Positions 51,243 to 62,262 are shown, counted from the first letter of the stretch. The stretch is 64,000 nucleotides of DNA from Polyangiales bacterium (GCA_044229975.1 JBGARZ010000002.1:640001-704000), one strand, 5' to 3'. Notes: a model not told the origin generated them from the sequence alone. Translations and numbers: made by a program.

Positions 51243-52096
51243 GGGCGCTTCGGCTTCTGGCCGCCGCCCTTGCGCTTGTCCCAAGCCGCCGCCCAGCCGG
51301 TCTCCTTCGTGGTGGGCAGCGTCGCGAAGAGCTCGGCGTCGTGCGAGACCACCACGCGCGCCTCCATCGTCGACTCGGCCGCACGCAGCAGGCCGTAGGT
51401 GCGTCGCTGCTCGGGGAGGTTCCAGCTCATGCAGCGGGTGTAGAGGCTCGGCGGCGCAGCGTCGTCCGCGCGGTACTCGCCCGTGCGCTGCGCGGCGTCG
51501 CCCGCGTGGAGCATCCACCCGTCCTGCATCTTCACCGCGACCACCGTCGACCCGGCGGTGTGACCGCGCCCGTCGAGGAGCAGCACGGTGCCATCACCGA
51601 AGAGGTCTTTGGAGAAGGGGAAGCCCAGCATCGGCGGGCCGTCGAGGCTGTGTCGCTCGACGTTGGCGAAGGTGTTGAGGTCGACCGAGTAGCCGCCGCG
51701 CAGTCCGCTCGCCGCGGCGTCGCACTCGCGGGTGTTCACATGAAACTGCGCGCGGTCGAAGTCGACGGCGCCGCCGATGTGATCGGAGTGGAGGTGCGTC
51801 GCGATGACGTGGCGGACGTCCGTCGGCGCGTAACCGAGCGAGATGAGCTGCGAGGCGAGCGCGTCTTCGGGCTTCACCGACAGGCCGAGAAACAGGCGCT
51901 GCGCGAGGCCGGGGTCGTCGTCGGGGAAGGCGCAGGTGCGGCGGCTCCAGCCCGTGTCGATCAGCACAAGACCGTCGGGCCGCTCGATGATCGCCACGGC
52001 CACGGGCATGGTGAGGTAACGCAGCGAGCGCGAGCCCGGGCGCAGGAAGAACTCGGGTCCCGCCACGGTCCCGGTCGTTCGGAAGAACACCGTCAT
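51233..52096 (-). CDS. Metallo-beta-lactamase fold hydrolase (AHL-lactonase-like)
   Basis: LIDTG, THLHSDH, DLFGDG, GHTAG, AGDA, SHD. Confidence 0.87.
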   Translation of the reverse strand: MTVFFRTTGTVAGPEFFLRPGSRSLRYLTMPVAVAIIERPDGLVLIDTGWSRRTCAFPDDDPGLAQRLFLGLSVKPEDALASQLISLGYAPTDVRHVIATHLHSDHIGGAVDFDRAQFHVNTRECDAAASGLRGGYSVDLNTFANVERHSLDGPPMLGFPFSKDLFGDGTVLLLDGRGHTAGSTVVAVKMQDGWMLHAGDAAQRTGEYRADDAAPPSLYTRCMSWNLPEQRRTYGLLRAAESTMEARVVVSHDAELFATLPTTKETGWAAAWDKRKGGGQKPKRPQG

Positions 52097-52126
52097 GGCG
52101 ACACGACTATCACGATCGCGTGAGGG

Positions 52127-54136
52127 TCAGTACTCCGCGCGCAGCCCGAGGTTGGGCGTGATGGGCAGACCCGTCACGTAGCTGCTGCGACGACGATCCC
52201 ACGCGTAGAGCCGCGACTCGGCGTTGGCCTGGTTGGTCGTGTTGAGCACCTCGGCGATGAACTGCATCCGCAGCGGCCCCCATCGAAACCGCTTCGCTGC
52301 CCGCAGATCGAGCGACCATGTATCGGGCAAGCGACCGTCCCTCCGCGGGTCGACCCACGTCAGCGCCACGTCGTGATCGCTGTCGACGAGCGCGCCCGTC
52401 ACCACCGGCTCGGGCAGGCCAGACGCCCACCGCAGCCGCGCGCCCACCTCCCAGCCGCGCGGCAGCACCGCCCCCAGGATCAACGACAGGAGGTGCGGCT
52501 GATCCCACGTCGACGGCCGCCACGCGAGGCCCAGCGCGTCGCGTCGCTCGGCCCGCTGGTACGTGTACGAGAGCCACCCGTAGAGCGGCAGACGGCCCGC
52601 GCGCAGCCGCAGCCACCACTCGCCGCCGACCACCCGCGCCGACCCGATGTTGGCGAAGCGCTCCGGCGTCTCCACCCCGTCGCGAAGCACCGTGCGCGAC
52701 GTCGGCGCGGCCACGTCGTCGCCCCACTTCACGAACGCATCGGCCGTCAGCTCAAGCGCACCCGGCACGACGTCGATCTGCATGCCGATCGTCCCGTGCC
52801 ACCAGCGCTCGGGGCCGAGGTCGGGGTTGCCGAAGCCCGGGATCACCCGGTAGCCGCGCGGAATGGAGCTGTACGAGCCGAACGCGCCGCGCACCCCGAG
52901 TCGTGGATGGGCCCGCCAGAGACCCGACACGCGCGGGTCGACCGTGAGCGCATCGGCGCGAGAGAAGTGATCGACGCGAACGCCCAGCAGCGCACGCCAC
53001 CGACGCTGATCGTCGAGCTCGATCTCGACGTGCCCCGCCGGGTTGAAGAAGCCGCGCGTGCCCTGGTAGCGCGCGAGCCCGGTGGCTCCCGTCGGGTCGG
53101 TGATGCCGTCGGCGCTGAGCGGCGGCGCGGCGAGCGTGGCGTCGGTCTCGCCCAGGAGGACATCGACGCCCGCGAAGAGGCGCGCCCAGCGACCGAGGCG
53201 CACCTCCGCTTCATCACGCAACGAGAGCTGCCGCGTCGTGATGAGGTAGCGGATGGTGCTGCCCGCCGAGACATCGGAGTCCGTCATCGAGGCCGCGAAG
53301 GAGAGGGAGTGTTGTGTTCCGCCCGCCCATCGATGGCGCCAGCGGGCCTGCGCGCCGTGGAACGAGATGGCGCTCCCCGACGACCCGCGCACGTTGGGGT
53401 CGTTGGCGTCGGGCGCGTCGAAGGACACCCCCAGCGCATCGTCGCTACCCGACACCACGAGGCGGATGCTGTCCGCCTCGGTGGGGTCGGCGTCATACAC
53501 GGCCTGGTAATCCCAGTAGCGCGGGAGCTGGGTGAAGCCGGCGCCGAGATCGACGAGCCCGAGCCACGCGTCGACGTAGCTGCGGCGCACCCCGATGGCG
53601 AGCGAGCTGCGGCGGCCGATGGGCACGGACGCGTAGGCCCCGGCGTCGATGAGGTCGACGTCGACGGTGACGTGAGGATGGTCACGCGCCGGAGCGCGGA
53701 GCGTGACGTTGACCACACCGCCCGCGACGCGACCCCAGCGGGCGGAGAAGTTGCCGGGCAGCACCTCGATGCGGTCGATGAGGTCGGTCGCGAGCGTGGT
53801 GGCGAGGCCGTAGAAGTGAAACGGCAGGCCGAAGGGCTGCGACTCCAACGTGACGAGAGAGTCCTCCGGGTCCGACGCGCGGAGGATGAACGCACCGAGG
53901 CCGAAGGAGGGTCGACCGACGCCGGGGAGGTTCTGCACCGCGAGGAGCGCGTCGCCGCGGGTGCCGGGCATGCGCTGCATCTCGGCGGTGTCGAGCTCGC
54001 GGCGGTGGATCTCCCGCGCGCGCGCCCTCGACCGCACCGTCGCCTCGGGCGGGTCGTCGTTGGTGGGGGTTCGCTCCTGGGCCGCGGCGGGAGCAGCGAC
54101 CAGGAGTGTAGCGAGCGCGACCCTCAGCCGTCCCAC
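52127..54136 (-). CDS. TonB-dependent receptor
   Basis: Signal peptide, plug QNLPGV..IEVLPGNFSARWG, GNPDLGPE, terminal LGLRAEY. Confidence 0.9.
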   Translation of the reverse strand: MGRLRVALATLLVAAPAAAQERTPTNDDPPEATVRSRARAREIHRRELDTAEMQRMPGTRGDALLAVQNLPGVGRPSFGLGAFILRASDPEDSLVTLESQPFGLPFHFYGLATTLATDLIDRIEVLPGNFSARWGRVAGGVVNVTLRAPARDHPHVTVDVDLIDAGAYASVPIGRRSSLAIGVRRSYVDAWLGLVDLGAGFTQLPRYWDYQAVYDADPTEADSIRLVVSGSDDALGVSFDAPDANDPNVRGSSGSAISFHGAQARWRHRWAGGTQHSLSFAASMTDSDVSAGSTIRYLITTRQLSLRDEAEVRLGRWARLFAGVDVLLGETDATLAAPPLSADGITDPTGATGLARYQGTRGFFNPAGHVEIELDDQRRWRALLGVRVDHFSRADALTVDPRVSGLWRAHPRLGVRGAFGSYSSIPRGYRVIPGFGNPDLGPERWWHGTIGMQIDVVPGALELTADAFVKWGDDVAAPTSRTVLRDGVETPERFANIGSARVVGGEWWLRLRAGRLPLYGWLSYTYQRAERRDALGLAWRPSTWDQPHLLSLILGAVLPRGWEVGARLRWASGLPEPVVTGALVDSDHDVALTWVDPRRDGRLPDTWSLDLRAAKRFRWGPLRMQFIAEVLNTTNQANAESRLYAWDRRRSSYVTGLPITPNLGLRAEY

Positions 54137-54831
54137 GGAGACCGCTCGGCGCGCGCGATCGATCCCTCACGATCGACCCTCCACCACGATGCGCCGTCGA
54201 CCCTGATCCAGAGGTTGTCCTGGTAGGTGGTCATCACCGGCATCGCGGCGCGCGCTCGCTCGGCGATGGTGCGGACGGAGGTTCCGCCGTCGGCCGACAC
54301 CTGCACCATGCCGCGAACGCTCGACCACGCGACCACCCGTCCGAGCACGGCCACGTCGACGAGCATGTCGCCCACGTCGCGTCGGGTGCGCCAGGTCTGC
54401 CCGCGGTCGTTGGAAGTCCAGACCGTTCCGTTGGTGCCGACCGTCGCGCCGAAGCCGCTCGCGTCGTCGAAGGCCATGGCACGCGGCGACTGCGAGCCGT
54501 CCCACCGCGCCGCCGACCAGTGCCCGCCGCGGTCGTCGGTAAACACCAGCCCGCTGTCGATGGCCGCGAAGACGCGCTCACCGAGGTTGGCGAAGTTGTG
54601 GATCTGCGTCGTGCCGAAATCCACCGGCGGCGCCATGCCGTGCAGGCTCCAGGTCACCTGCGACAGGCGCTGCGGAACGCCGACCAACGCGAACAGCGGC
54701 GACGGCTCGCGGTGCGCCGAGATGCCCTGACCGAGCGCGACGTCGGCGGGCGTCGTGCCCCAGCCGATGGCCCACGCGGTCGTCCCACCGAGCAAGCACG
54801 CGCCCATCACCGCCCAGGCCATGGTCTTCAT
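54124..54831 (-). CDS. Secreted BNR/Asp-box (YCF48-like) beta-propeller protein
   Basis: Signal peptide; TDDRGGHW, SNDRGQTW, SADGGTS Asp-boxes. Confidence 0.75.
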   Translation of the reverse strand: MKTMAWAVMGACLLGGTTAWAIGWGTTPADVALGQGISAHREPSPLFALVGVPQRLSQVTWSLHGMAPPVDFGTTQIHNFANLGERVFAAIDSGLVFTDDRGGHWSAARWDGSQSPRAMAFDDASGFGATVGTNGTVWTSNDRGQTWRTRRDVGDMLVDVAVLGRVVAWSSVRGMVQVSADGGTSVRTIAERARAAMPVMTTYQDNLWIRVDGASWWRVDREGSIARAERSPWDG

Positions 54832-54865
54832 GATCGCTGACGGTAGCGCCGCAGCGGTCCTGTCG

Positions 54866-56287
54866 TCACGGCGCGGACGACGGCTTGACCCACGCGGCGT
54901 CGACCGCCAGCGCGGGCATCGGCACGGGCACCGGCGGCGCGGGCATCGCAGGCACGACGGGCACGGCGATCGACGGCGCGGGCAGCACGGTCGGCTCAGA
55001 CCGACGTCGATGCGACCGCGGTGAGTCGTCCTCGACGTCGAAGTAGCCTCCGATGGCGGCGAGCACGACCAGGGCACCGAGCACCACCAGGGCCGGAACC
55101 GCCGCCATCCACCAGCGCGGTCGGGAGCTCGGCGCGGGCGCAGGCGGCCGCTGCGAGTACGCCAACGGAACCGCGGGCTGACCCGTGATGGTGATGGGCC
55201 CCATCGGCGCGCGGGGCGCGTGGAGGACGTCCTGCGTGGGCGTCGACGCCATCGGGGAGACAGGCACCTGCGGCAGCGGCAACGTGCTGGGGCTGCCCGT
55301 CGGCGCGAGCGCGGGCCGCGTCTCCGGACCGTGACCGGGTGCGGTGACGGCAGGCGGGATCGAGCTGCGCGGGAAGAGGGACGAGAACGCCGACGCGAGC
55401 GCCGCACCGAGCTCGGCACCGCTCTGGAAGCGGGCGGCCGGGTCGCGCACGATGCACCGCGAGAGCCACGGGTCGAGCGCCAACGGGATGTCATCGGCGA
55501 CACCCAGCTCGCGCGCGCGCTCCGAGGCGGGCGGGAGGCGCTCGCGTTCGAGCTCGGCGAGCAGCATCGCCATGTCGAGCTCACGACCGCTCGCGCCGCG
55601 CCAGTAGAAGCGCCCCGTGAGGAGGCGGAAGGCGATGAGCCCGACGGCCCACACGTCCGTCGCGGGCGTGAGTTCGGCGGTGGTGTTCTGCTCGGGCGCC
55701 ATCCAGAGGGGTGTGCCGATGGCCGTGGTGACGTTTTGCGACGACTGCGAGGGGTTGAGGAGCTTCGCGATGCCGAAGTCGAGCACCTTCAGCGTGAAGC
55801 CCGACGAGCCGTCCGCATGGGGAATGAGGAACAGGTTCTCGGGCTTCAGGTCGCGGTGCACCACGTTGCGCGCATGCGCCGCGGCGAGCGCGCTACAGAG
55901 CTGGCGCAGCACCTCGTGGGCGTCCGACGGCGCGAGCCCCCTGCCCCGCCCGATGCGCGTGAGGCGCGCGGCGACGGTCTCGCCTTCCAGCAGCTCCATG
56001 GCGAGGTAGGGGATGCCCCGCTCCTCGTCGACGCCCGCGTCGTAGACCTCGACGATGTGCTCGCTCGCGATCATCGAGCCCAGCCGCGCCTCCTGCGCGA
56101 AGCGACCGCGGCTCTTGGCGTCGGCGACGTAGCGCGGGTGCATCACCTTGAGCGCCATGCGTCGCCCGGTGCCCTCGTGCAGCACGACGTAGAGCGCGCC
56201 CATCCCGCCCTGCGCGAGCTTGCGCTCGACGCGGTAGCGCCCCCCGATGAGGCTGCCGTCCGGGATCTGGTACGCGCTGACGGTCAC
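54866..56287 (-). CDS. Membrane Ser/Thr protein kinase
   Basis: GGMG, ALK, HRDLKPEN, DFG, GTPLWMAPEQ, TM helix. GTGA overlap with xth. Confidence 0.94.
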   Translation of the reverse strand: MTVSAYQIPDGSLIGGRYRVERKLAQGGMGALYVVLHEGTGRRMALKVMHPRYVADAKSRGRFAQEARLGSMIASEHIVEVYDAGVDEERGIPYLAMELLEGETVAARLTRIGRGRGLAPSDAHEVLRQLCSALAAAHARNVVHRDLKPENLFLIPHADGSSGFTLKVLDFGIAKLLNPSQSSQNVTTAIGTPLWMAPEQNTTAELTPATDVWAVGLIAFRLLTGRFYWRGASGRELDMAMLLAELERERLPPASERARELGVADDIPLALDPWLSRCIVRDPAARFQSGAELGAALASAFSSLFPRSSIPPAVTAPGHGPETRPALAPTGSPSTLPLPQVPVSPMASTPTQDVLHAPRAPMGPITITGQPAVPLAYSQRPPAPAPSSRPRWWMAAVPALVVLGALVVLAAIGGYFDVEDDSPRSHRRRSEPTVLPAPSIAVPVVPAMPAPPVPVPMPALAVDAAWVKPSSAP

Positions 56288-57063
56288 AGGTCGAGCTCGA
56301 GCGAGACCGGGCAGTGGTCGCTGCCCTTCTGGTCGGGGTGGATCTGCGCGTCCTTCACCTTCGAGACGAAGCCTTCGCTCACGAGGAAGATGTCGATGCG
56401 CCAGCCGACGTTCTTGGCGCGCGCCGCGCCGCGCTGCGACCACCAGGTGTAGAGCGACTTCTCGCCGGGGTGACGGTCGCGGAAGACGTCCCTCATCCCG
56501 GCCGCGAGGTAGCCCTGGAAGTCTTCGCGCTCCTCGTTGGTAAACCCCGGATTGGTGCGGTTGGTCTTCGGGTTGGCGAGGTCGATCTCCTCGGGCGCGA
56601 CGTTCATGTCGCCGACCACCACGACGTTCTCCCCGCGGGCGATGCGGGCCTTCATGTTGGCGGCGAGGTCCTGCGCGAAGGCCCGCTTGTAGGGCATGCG
56701 AACGAGCCCCGTCGACGCGTTGGGGAAGTACCCCGCGATGAACGTGAACCCCATGCCCTCGCTGACGATGAGCCGCCCCTCGACGTCGTACGCCTCCGTA
56801 CCAACCCCCTGGGTGTGCTTGAAGCCGAGGCCCTTGCGGGTGAGCGTGGCCGAGCCCGAGTAGCCCTTCTTCGAGCGCGCCGGAAACCAGCTCACGTCGT
56901 GCTTGCGGGTGAGCTCGTCGCGCGTGGCGAAGTCGAGCTCCTCCCACTCCACGCGAATCTCCTGGAGCGAGAGCACGTCGGGCTTCGTCGCGTCGAACCA
57001 ATCGAGAAACCCCGACTTGAGCGACGAGCGGAAGCCGTTGACGTTCCAACTGACGATCTTCAT
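56284..57063 (-). CDS. xth: Exodeoxyribonuclease III
   Basis: SWNVNG, LQE, GYSG, YFPN, GDMN, YTWW, GWRID, SDHCP. Confidence 0.96.
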   Translation of the reverse strand: MKIVSWNVNGFRSSLKSGFLDWFDATKPDVLSLQEIRVEWEELDFATRDELTRKHDVSWFPARSKKGYSGSATLTRKGLGFKHTQGVGTEAYDVEGRLIVSEGMGFTFIAGYFPNASTGLVRMPYKRAFAQDLAANMKARIARGENVVVVGDMNVAPEEIDLANPKTNRTNPGFTNEEREDFQGYLAAGMRDVFRDRHPGEKSLYTWWSQRGAARAKNVGWRIDIFLVSEGFVSKVKDAQIHPDQKGSDHCPVSLELDL

Positions 57064-57095
57064 GGGCGCGGACGATAGCGGTAGGCTGCCGCCCC

Positions 57096-59351
57096 GTGAA
57101 GGTCATCAGCATCGGCGCCGGGCCCGCGGGCCTCTACTTCAGCATCCTGGCCCGACAACGATTCCCGTCGTGGGACATCACCCTCCTCGAACGCAACGCC
57201 ACCGGCGACACCTTCGGCTGGGGCGTGGTGTTCTCCGACGAGACGCTCGCGCACCTGCTCGACGCCGACCCGCCCACGCACGCGAAGATCACCGACAGCT
57301 TCGCCCACTGGGACGCCATCGACGTGCACGCCCGCGGTGAGAGCTTTCGCTCCGCGGGCCATGGCTTCTCGGGCATCGCGCGCCGTCGCCTGCTCGACAT
57401 CCTCGAAGCGCGCGCCATCGAGCTCGGCGTGAAGATCGAGCACGGCGTCGACCTCTCCAGCCTCGATCGGGTGCGCGAGCTCGCGGGCGAGTGCGACCTG
57501 CTGCTCGGCGCCGACGGCCTGCGCTCCATCGTGCGCTCGGCGTGGCGCGACGACTTCCGCCCGAGCTTCGACGTCCGCAAGTGCCGCTATCTCTGGCTCG
57601 GCACCCCGAAGATCTTCGACGCCTTCACCTTCGCCTTCGCCGACAACGAACACGGGATGTTCCAGGCGCACGCGTACCGCTTCGACGACGGGATGAGCAC
57701 CTTCATCGCCGAGTGCGACGAGGAGACCTTCGCGCGCTCGGGCCTCGGCGACGCGCCCATCGAGGAGACCGTGGCGTACCTCCAGCGGCTCTTCGCGCCG
57801 TGGCTCGATGGTCAACCGCTGCTGGTCAACCGCTCGCAGTGGATCCAGTTCGTGACGGTGCGCAACGAGCACTGGCACCGCGACAACGTCGTGCTCCTCG
57901 GCGACGCCGCGCACACGGCGCACTTCTCCATCGGGTCGGGCACCAAGCTCGCCATCGAAGACTCCATCGCCCTCGTCGACGCCTTCGCGCGATCGGCCTC
58001 ACCCGCCGAGGCGCTCGCCCGCTACGAGCGCGAGCGGCGCCCCATCGTCGAACGCACCCAGAAGGCCGCTCAGGACTCGCTCGTTTGGTTCGAGCAGGCG
58101 CGTCGCTACCGGGCGCTGCCGCCGTGGCAGTTCGCGTTCAGCCTGCTCACGCGCTCCAAGCGCATCACCTTCGAGAGCCTCGGGGTGCGCGACCCCGCCT
58201 TCGCCGACGACATCGCCCGCCGCTTCGCCGCGGATGCCCGCGTCTCCGTCGCGCCCGAGCAGCGACCGCCGCCGCCGATGTTCACGCCCTTCAGGCTGCG
58301 CGAGATGACGCTCGCCAACCGCGTCGTGGTGTCGCCCATGTGCATGTACTCGGCGGTCGACGGAACGCCCACGGACTTCCACCTCGTTCACTACGGCTCG
58401 CTCGCCCAGGGCGGCGCCGGGCTCGTGATGACCGAGATGACCGACGTCTCCGCCGAGGGCCGCATCACCCACGGCTGCGCGGGCATCTACACCGACGCCC
58501 ACACCGCGGCGTGGAAGCGCATCGTCGAGTTCGCGCATGGGGGCAGCGACGCGCGCGTCGGGTTGCAGCTCGGTCACGCCGGCCGCAAGGGCGCGACGAA
58601 GCTGATGTGGGAGGGCATCGATGAGCCGCTGACCGATGGCGGTTGGGAGCTCCTGGCCCCGAGCGCGCTGCCGTACTTCCCGCACAGCCAGACACCGCGA
58701 CCGATGGATCGCGCGGACATGGACCGTGTGATCGCGCAGTACGTCGCGGCGACCAGGCGGGCGGTCGAGGCGGGCTTCGACTTCATCGAGCTGCACCTCG
58801 CGCACGGCTACCTGCTCGCGAGCTTCCTGTCGCCGCTCACCAACCTGCGAACGGACGGCTACGGCGGGTCCATCGAGGCGCGGGCGCGCTTCCCGCTGGA
58901 GGTGTTCGACGCGGTGCGGAGCGCGTGGCCCGAGGCGCGACCGATGGGCGTGCGCGTGTCGGCGACGGACTGGCATCCGCACGGCATCACCGACGACGAC
59001 CTGCGGGCGCTCGCGTCGATGTTGAAGGCCCGCGGCTGCGACATCATCGACGTGTCGAGCGGGCAGACGGTGCCGGAGGGAAAGCCGGTGTTCGGTCGGA
59101 TGTTCCAGACACCGTGGAGCGACCTGGTGCGCAACGAGGTCGGCATCGCGACCATGGCGGTGGGCAACATCCAGGGCGCCGACCAGGTGAACAGCATCCT
59201 CGCATCGGGGCGCGCGGACCTCTGCGTGCTCGCTCGGCCGCACCTCGCCGACCCCTTCTGGACGCTGCACGCCGCGGCGTCACAGGGATGGGACGCGCAG
59301 CGCTGGCCGGTGCAGTACCTCGCCGGTCGAAGCGCCCTGCCCCGCCCGTGA
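57096..59351 (+). CDS. Bifunctional salicylyl-CoA 5-hydroxylase / 2-aminobenzoyl-CoA monooxygenase-reductase
   Basis: [35 protein letters not shown], fused to an old-yellow-enzyme domain ([15 protein letters not shown]). Confidence 0.92.
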   Translation: MKVISIGAGPAGLYFSILARQRFPSWDITLLERNATGDTFGWGVVFSDETLAHLLDADPPTHAKITDSFAHWDAIDVHARGESFRSAGHGFSGIARRRLLDILEARAIELGVKIEHGVDLSSLDRVRELAGECDLLLGADGLRSIVRSAWRDDFRPSFDVRKCRYLWLGTPKIFDAFTFAFADNEHGMFQAHAYRFDDGMSTFIAECDEETFARSGLGDAPIEETVAYLQRLFAPWLDGQPLLVNRSQWIQFVTVRNEHWHRDNVVLLGDAAHTAHFSIGSGTKLAIEDSIALVDAFARSASPAEALARYERERRPIVERTQKAAQDSLVWFEQARRYRALPPWQFAFSLLTRSKRITFESLGVRDPAFADDIARRFAADARVSVAPEQRPPPPMFTPFRLREMTLANRVVVSPMCMYSAVDGTPTDFHLVHYGSLAQGGAGLVMTEMTDVSAEGRITHGCAGIYTDAHTAAWKRIVEFAHGGSDARVGLQLGHAGRKGATKLMWEGIDEPLTDGGWELLAPSALPYFPHSQTPRPMDRADMDRVIAQYVAATRRAVEAGFDFIELHLAHGYLLASFLSPLTNLRTDGYGGSIEARARFPLEVFDAVRSAWPEARPMGVRVSATDWHPHGITDDDLRALASMLKARGCDIIDVSSGQTVPEGKPVFGRMFQTPWSDLVRNEVGIATMAVGNIQGADQVNSILASGRADLCVLARPHLADPFWTLHAAASQGWDAQRWPVQYLAGRSALPRP

Positions 59352-59409
59352 CAGAACACGAACCCCCTGTGTTAGCGTTGCTCCGAACCACCCATCGGAG
59401 GGACCGTCC

Positions 59410-59667
59410 ATGCCATCGAACCAAAAGACCTGGGAAAAGATCACGCGCTCCGAGCTCGACGTCCTGAAGTCCAACCTTCGGAGCAAGGGCCTCGTGCCCC
59501 CGACGAGCGACAAGTCCACGCTGCGCGGCCGTGGCGTGACGGCCGACGTCGAGTACGACGAGAAGGCCCAGACCCTCTCGGTCACCATCAAGGAGACCCC
59601 GCCCTTCGTGAGCTACGGGTACGTGTTCGGTCTGCTCGACGAAGAGATCAAGAAGGTCGATCGCTGA
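59410..59667 (+). CDS. Small hypothetical protein (85 aa)
   Basis: GGAGG RBS, protein-like composition, own TAGCGT -10-like element. Confidence 0.75.
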   Translation: MPSNQKTWEKITRSELDVLKSNLRSKGLVPPTSDKSTLRGRGVTADVEYDEKAQTLSVTIKETPPFVSYGYVFGLLDEEIKKVDR

Positions 59668-59724
59668 CCTCGATCTCCCCGCCGTCGACTCTCCTCCCCC
59701 GACTCCCCCCGACCAGCGCCCCGA

Positions 59725-62256
59725 TCAGTTGAAGATTCGACCCTGGGCGAAGGGGTTGAAGCGAAACTCCATGAGCCCGTTGAGCGCCGAGTCGACGACG
59801 TAGAGGCGGTCGACCCCGCGCAGGTGTCGCACCGCGACGGGTAGCGACCCAGCCGGCGTGAAGACGGGCTCGTACGCGTTGGCCAGCGTGAACGCGATCT
59901 GCGTCCCTCGATCGACGGCCAACGCCGCGACCGTGTTCTCCATCGGAAGGGTCGTCAGCGCCGGGAAGATCTGCGTGCACAGGAACGGGTTGGCGAAGAG
60001 CGGCGCGAGCTCACGGCGCAGGGCGCTCTCGCCGGGGACCAACGTCCCCGTGCAGGCGCGCCCGACGGGACAACGCCGCGCGAGCTGCGCGTCGACGTCG
60101 GTCGCCGGCCTGGTGCGGGTGAGCAGGCACTGGCGCGCGTAGCCCTCGACCTCGGCCTCCTTCACGGGGTCGATCTCGCACTCGCGGCCCGCGCCCACGC
60201 GCACCGAGTGCGCGAAGCCCGTCGACAGACCCACGGCGATCCATTGTTGCCCGGCGCGCACGGCGAACTGCACGGCCTGGGGGAAGCACCGCAGCACCGC
60301 GGCGCCGTCGACCACGCCACCCGACGCGCGCAGCACGAGGTGATCTTCGAAGGCCCGATCGATGACGAAGTCGCGGTTGGTGGGCGTCGTCCCCGAACCG
60401 AAGGTCATGGCGCAACCATCGCGATCGGCCGCGAGGGGCGTGGGGTCGCTCACCAGCGTCAGCCAGTCGCGCGCGCGGTCGTTGGCGAGCGCGCCCCGCG
60501 TGCAGAAGAACCCACCGGGCGCGTCGAGGCGGAGCGCACCGGACGCGTCCATGGCGAGCGCGCCGCCCGACTGTTCGAGGCCGGGGATCACGCCTTCGTA
60601 CACGAAGGCCCACGCGTCGTTGCGCGACGTGTACGGATCGGCGGGAACGTCCACGCCGCCCGTCCCGCCGCTCACTTCACGGCGCGGGAGCTCGACGCCG
60701 TAGTTGTTGGTCGCGGTGCACATCGATGTCCCATCGAGCATCCGGGTGTCGGCGCAGGCGAAGGCGGGGGCGCGCGTCGCTTCGAGCGCCTGGCCGGGGA
60801 CGGTCCCGATGAGGGCGGTGACCGCGGGGGCATCCTTCAGCGCGGGCGCCTGCGCGAACGGCCGATCGGTGTTGATGGTGTTGGCCGCGTGGGGAGCGTG
60901 ACGAACGAACCGATATGCCCCGGTGTCACGGCCGCCCGCGGCGGCGCGGCACTGGGCCTCCCAGTTGTCGACGTTGTAGTCGTCGACGTCGATGACCGCG
61001 AGCTGCCCCGTGCGAAGAACGACCCCGACGTAGACCCCGGCGTAGACCCCCTGGCCGGGCGACTGATAGCCCGACGTGCAGCTCGCCGGGACCGTGGGGT
61101 CCGACGAATCGGGGACCTGCGTCGCCGTGTCGTCGTAGGTGGCGGTGTTGATGGCGACGAGCGCCGTCGCCGGGGCGCTGAGCGCGACGCGATCGACGGC
61201 GAGGCCAGGGTTGATGCGGCTCTCCCGCGCGTTGGGCAGCGGGAGGAGATTGGGGCGCACGCGCGCACCACGCGTGAGGTCCCACACGATGACGGCGCCC
61301 TCGTCGGCCGTGGTGAGATAGAGGTAGCGGGTGCGGGCGCAGTGATCGGGGTCTGTCGCCACGTCGCAGGCGTGGGCCCGCTGGCGCGCGATGCCCGTCA
61401 CCACGGCGACGCGGGTGCGGGCACCCACCGCGAGGGGCTCGACCTCAGCGCGTGACGCGACGTCGATGGCGTGGACCCGGTCGAGCGCATCGTCGGTCAC
61501 GTAGACGCGACCGGCTGCGTCGTCGACCGCGAGCGACACCGGATGCGCGGGGACCGCGGCGCCCGCGTCACCCACCACCGCGCCGCCTTGCAGCGTGATG
61601 ACCTGCGGAGCGCCCGGTGCGGCCGCGTCGGTCACGTCGACGAAGGACACGGCCCGCGCCTCGGGCAGCGTGGCGACGAGCAGCCGACGGGTACCCGCTC
61701 GGACGATGACGAGGTCGCGCGGGATTCCGCCGACGGGGATCTCCTGGCGACGCGCCGTGAAGTCGGCTCGCCGGGGGTCGCCGCGAAGGGCCGCGGCGTC
61801 GACCCGCAGCACCCGGTCGCTTCGGCCACTGGCGACGTAGAGGTAGCCGGTGTTCGCTCCCGTGATGGAGTCGCCGATGTCGGCGGTGATGGAGACCGGA
61901 AACTCCCCGACGGGGAGGAAGCTGTAACCCGGCGTCGCGGGGCTGTTGTCGACGAGCGCGACGCCCGACGTGGTGGCGAGGTCGACCACCGCGAGCTCGC
62001 CGCGGTCGAACTGCGGAACCACCGCGTGCAGGTGAAGGGTCGAGTTGGCGCCCGGGCCGTTGTCGGTGTCCGACAGGACGCAGCGCGCCGTCGGGCGCGG
62101 GATGATTCCGGTGGGAGCGAGCTCAAGGCACACCAGCTCGACGTCGGTCGCGCGGACGATGTTGTTGGTATTGCTGATCGCGGGCGTGCTCGCGCAGGCC
62201 GAGGCGATGAGGGAGGCGACGCCGAGGCACGCCGCGCGGAAGGAAGGGTGTCGCAC
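59725..62256 (-). CDS. Large Cys-containing beta-propeller lipoprotein
   Basis: IASAC lipobox; GELAVVDL, YLYVAS, RVYVTD, RLYVVD blade motifs. Confidence 0.78.
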   Translation of the reverse strand: MRHPSFRAACLGVASLIASACASTPAISNTNNIVRATDVELVCLELAPTGIIPRPTARCVLSDTDNGPGANSTLHLHAVVPQFDRGELAVVDLATTSGVALVDNSPATPGYSFLPVGEFPVSITADIGDSITGANTGYLYVASGRSDRVLRVDAAALRGDPRRADFTARRQEIPVGGIPRDLVIVRAGTRRLLVATLPEARAVSFVDVTDAAAPGAPQVITLQGGAVVGDAGAAVPAHPVSLAVDDAAGRVYVTDDALDRVHAIDVASRAEVEPLAVGARTRVAVVTGIARQRAHACDVATDPDHCARTRYLYLTTADEGAVIVWDLTRGARVRPNLLPLPNARESRINPGLAVDRVALSAPATALVAINTATYDDTATQVPDSSDPTVPASCTSGYQSPGQGVYAGVYVGVVLRTGQLAVIDVDDYNVDNWEAQCRAAAGGRDTGAYRFVRHAPHAANTINTDRPFAQAPALKDAPAVTALIGTVPGQALEATRAPAFACADTRMLDGTSMCTATNNYGVELPRREVSGGTGGVDVPADPYTSRNDAWAFVYEGVIPGLEQSGGALAMDASGALRLDAPGGFFCTRGALANDRARDWLTLVSDPTPLAADRDGCAMTFGSGTTPTNRDFVIDRAFEDHLVLRASGGVVDGAAVLRCFPQAVQFAVRAGQQWIAVGLSTGFAHSVRVGAGRECEIDPVKEAEVEGYARQCLLTRTRPATDVDAQLARRCPVGRACTGTLVPGESALRRELAPLFANPFLCTQIFPALTTLPMENTVAALAVDRGTQIAFTLANAYEPVFTPAGSLPVAVRHLRGVDRLYVVDSALNGLMEFRFNPFAQGRIFN

Positions 62257-62262
62257 CGGGCG

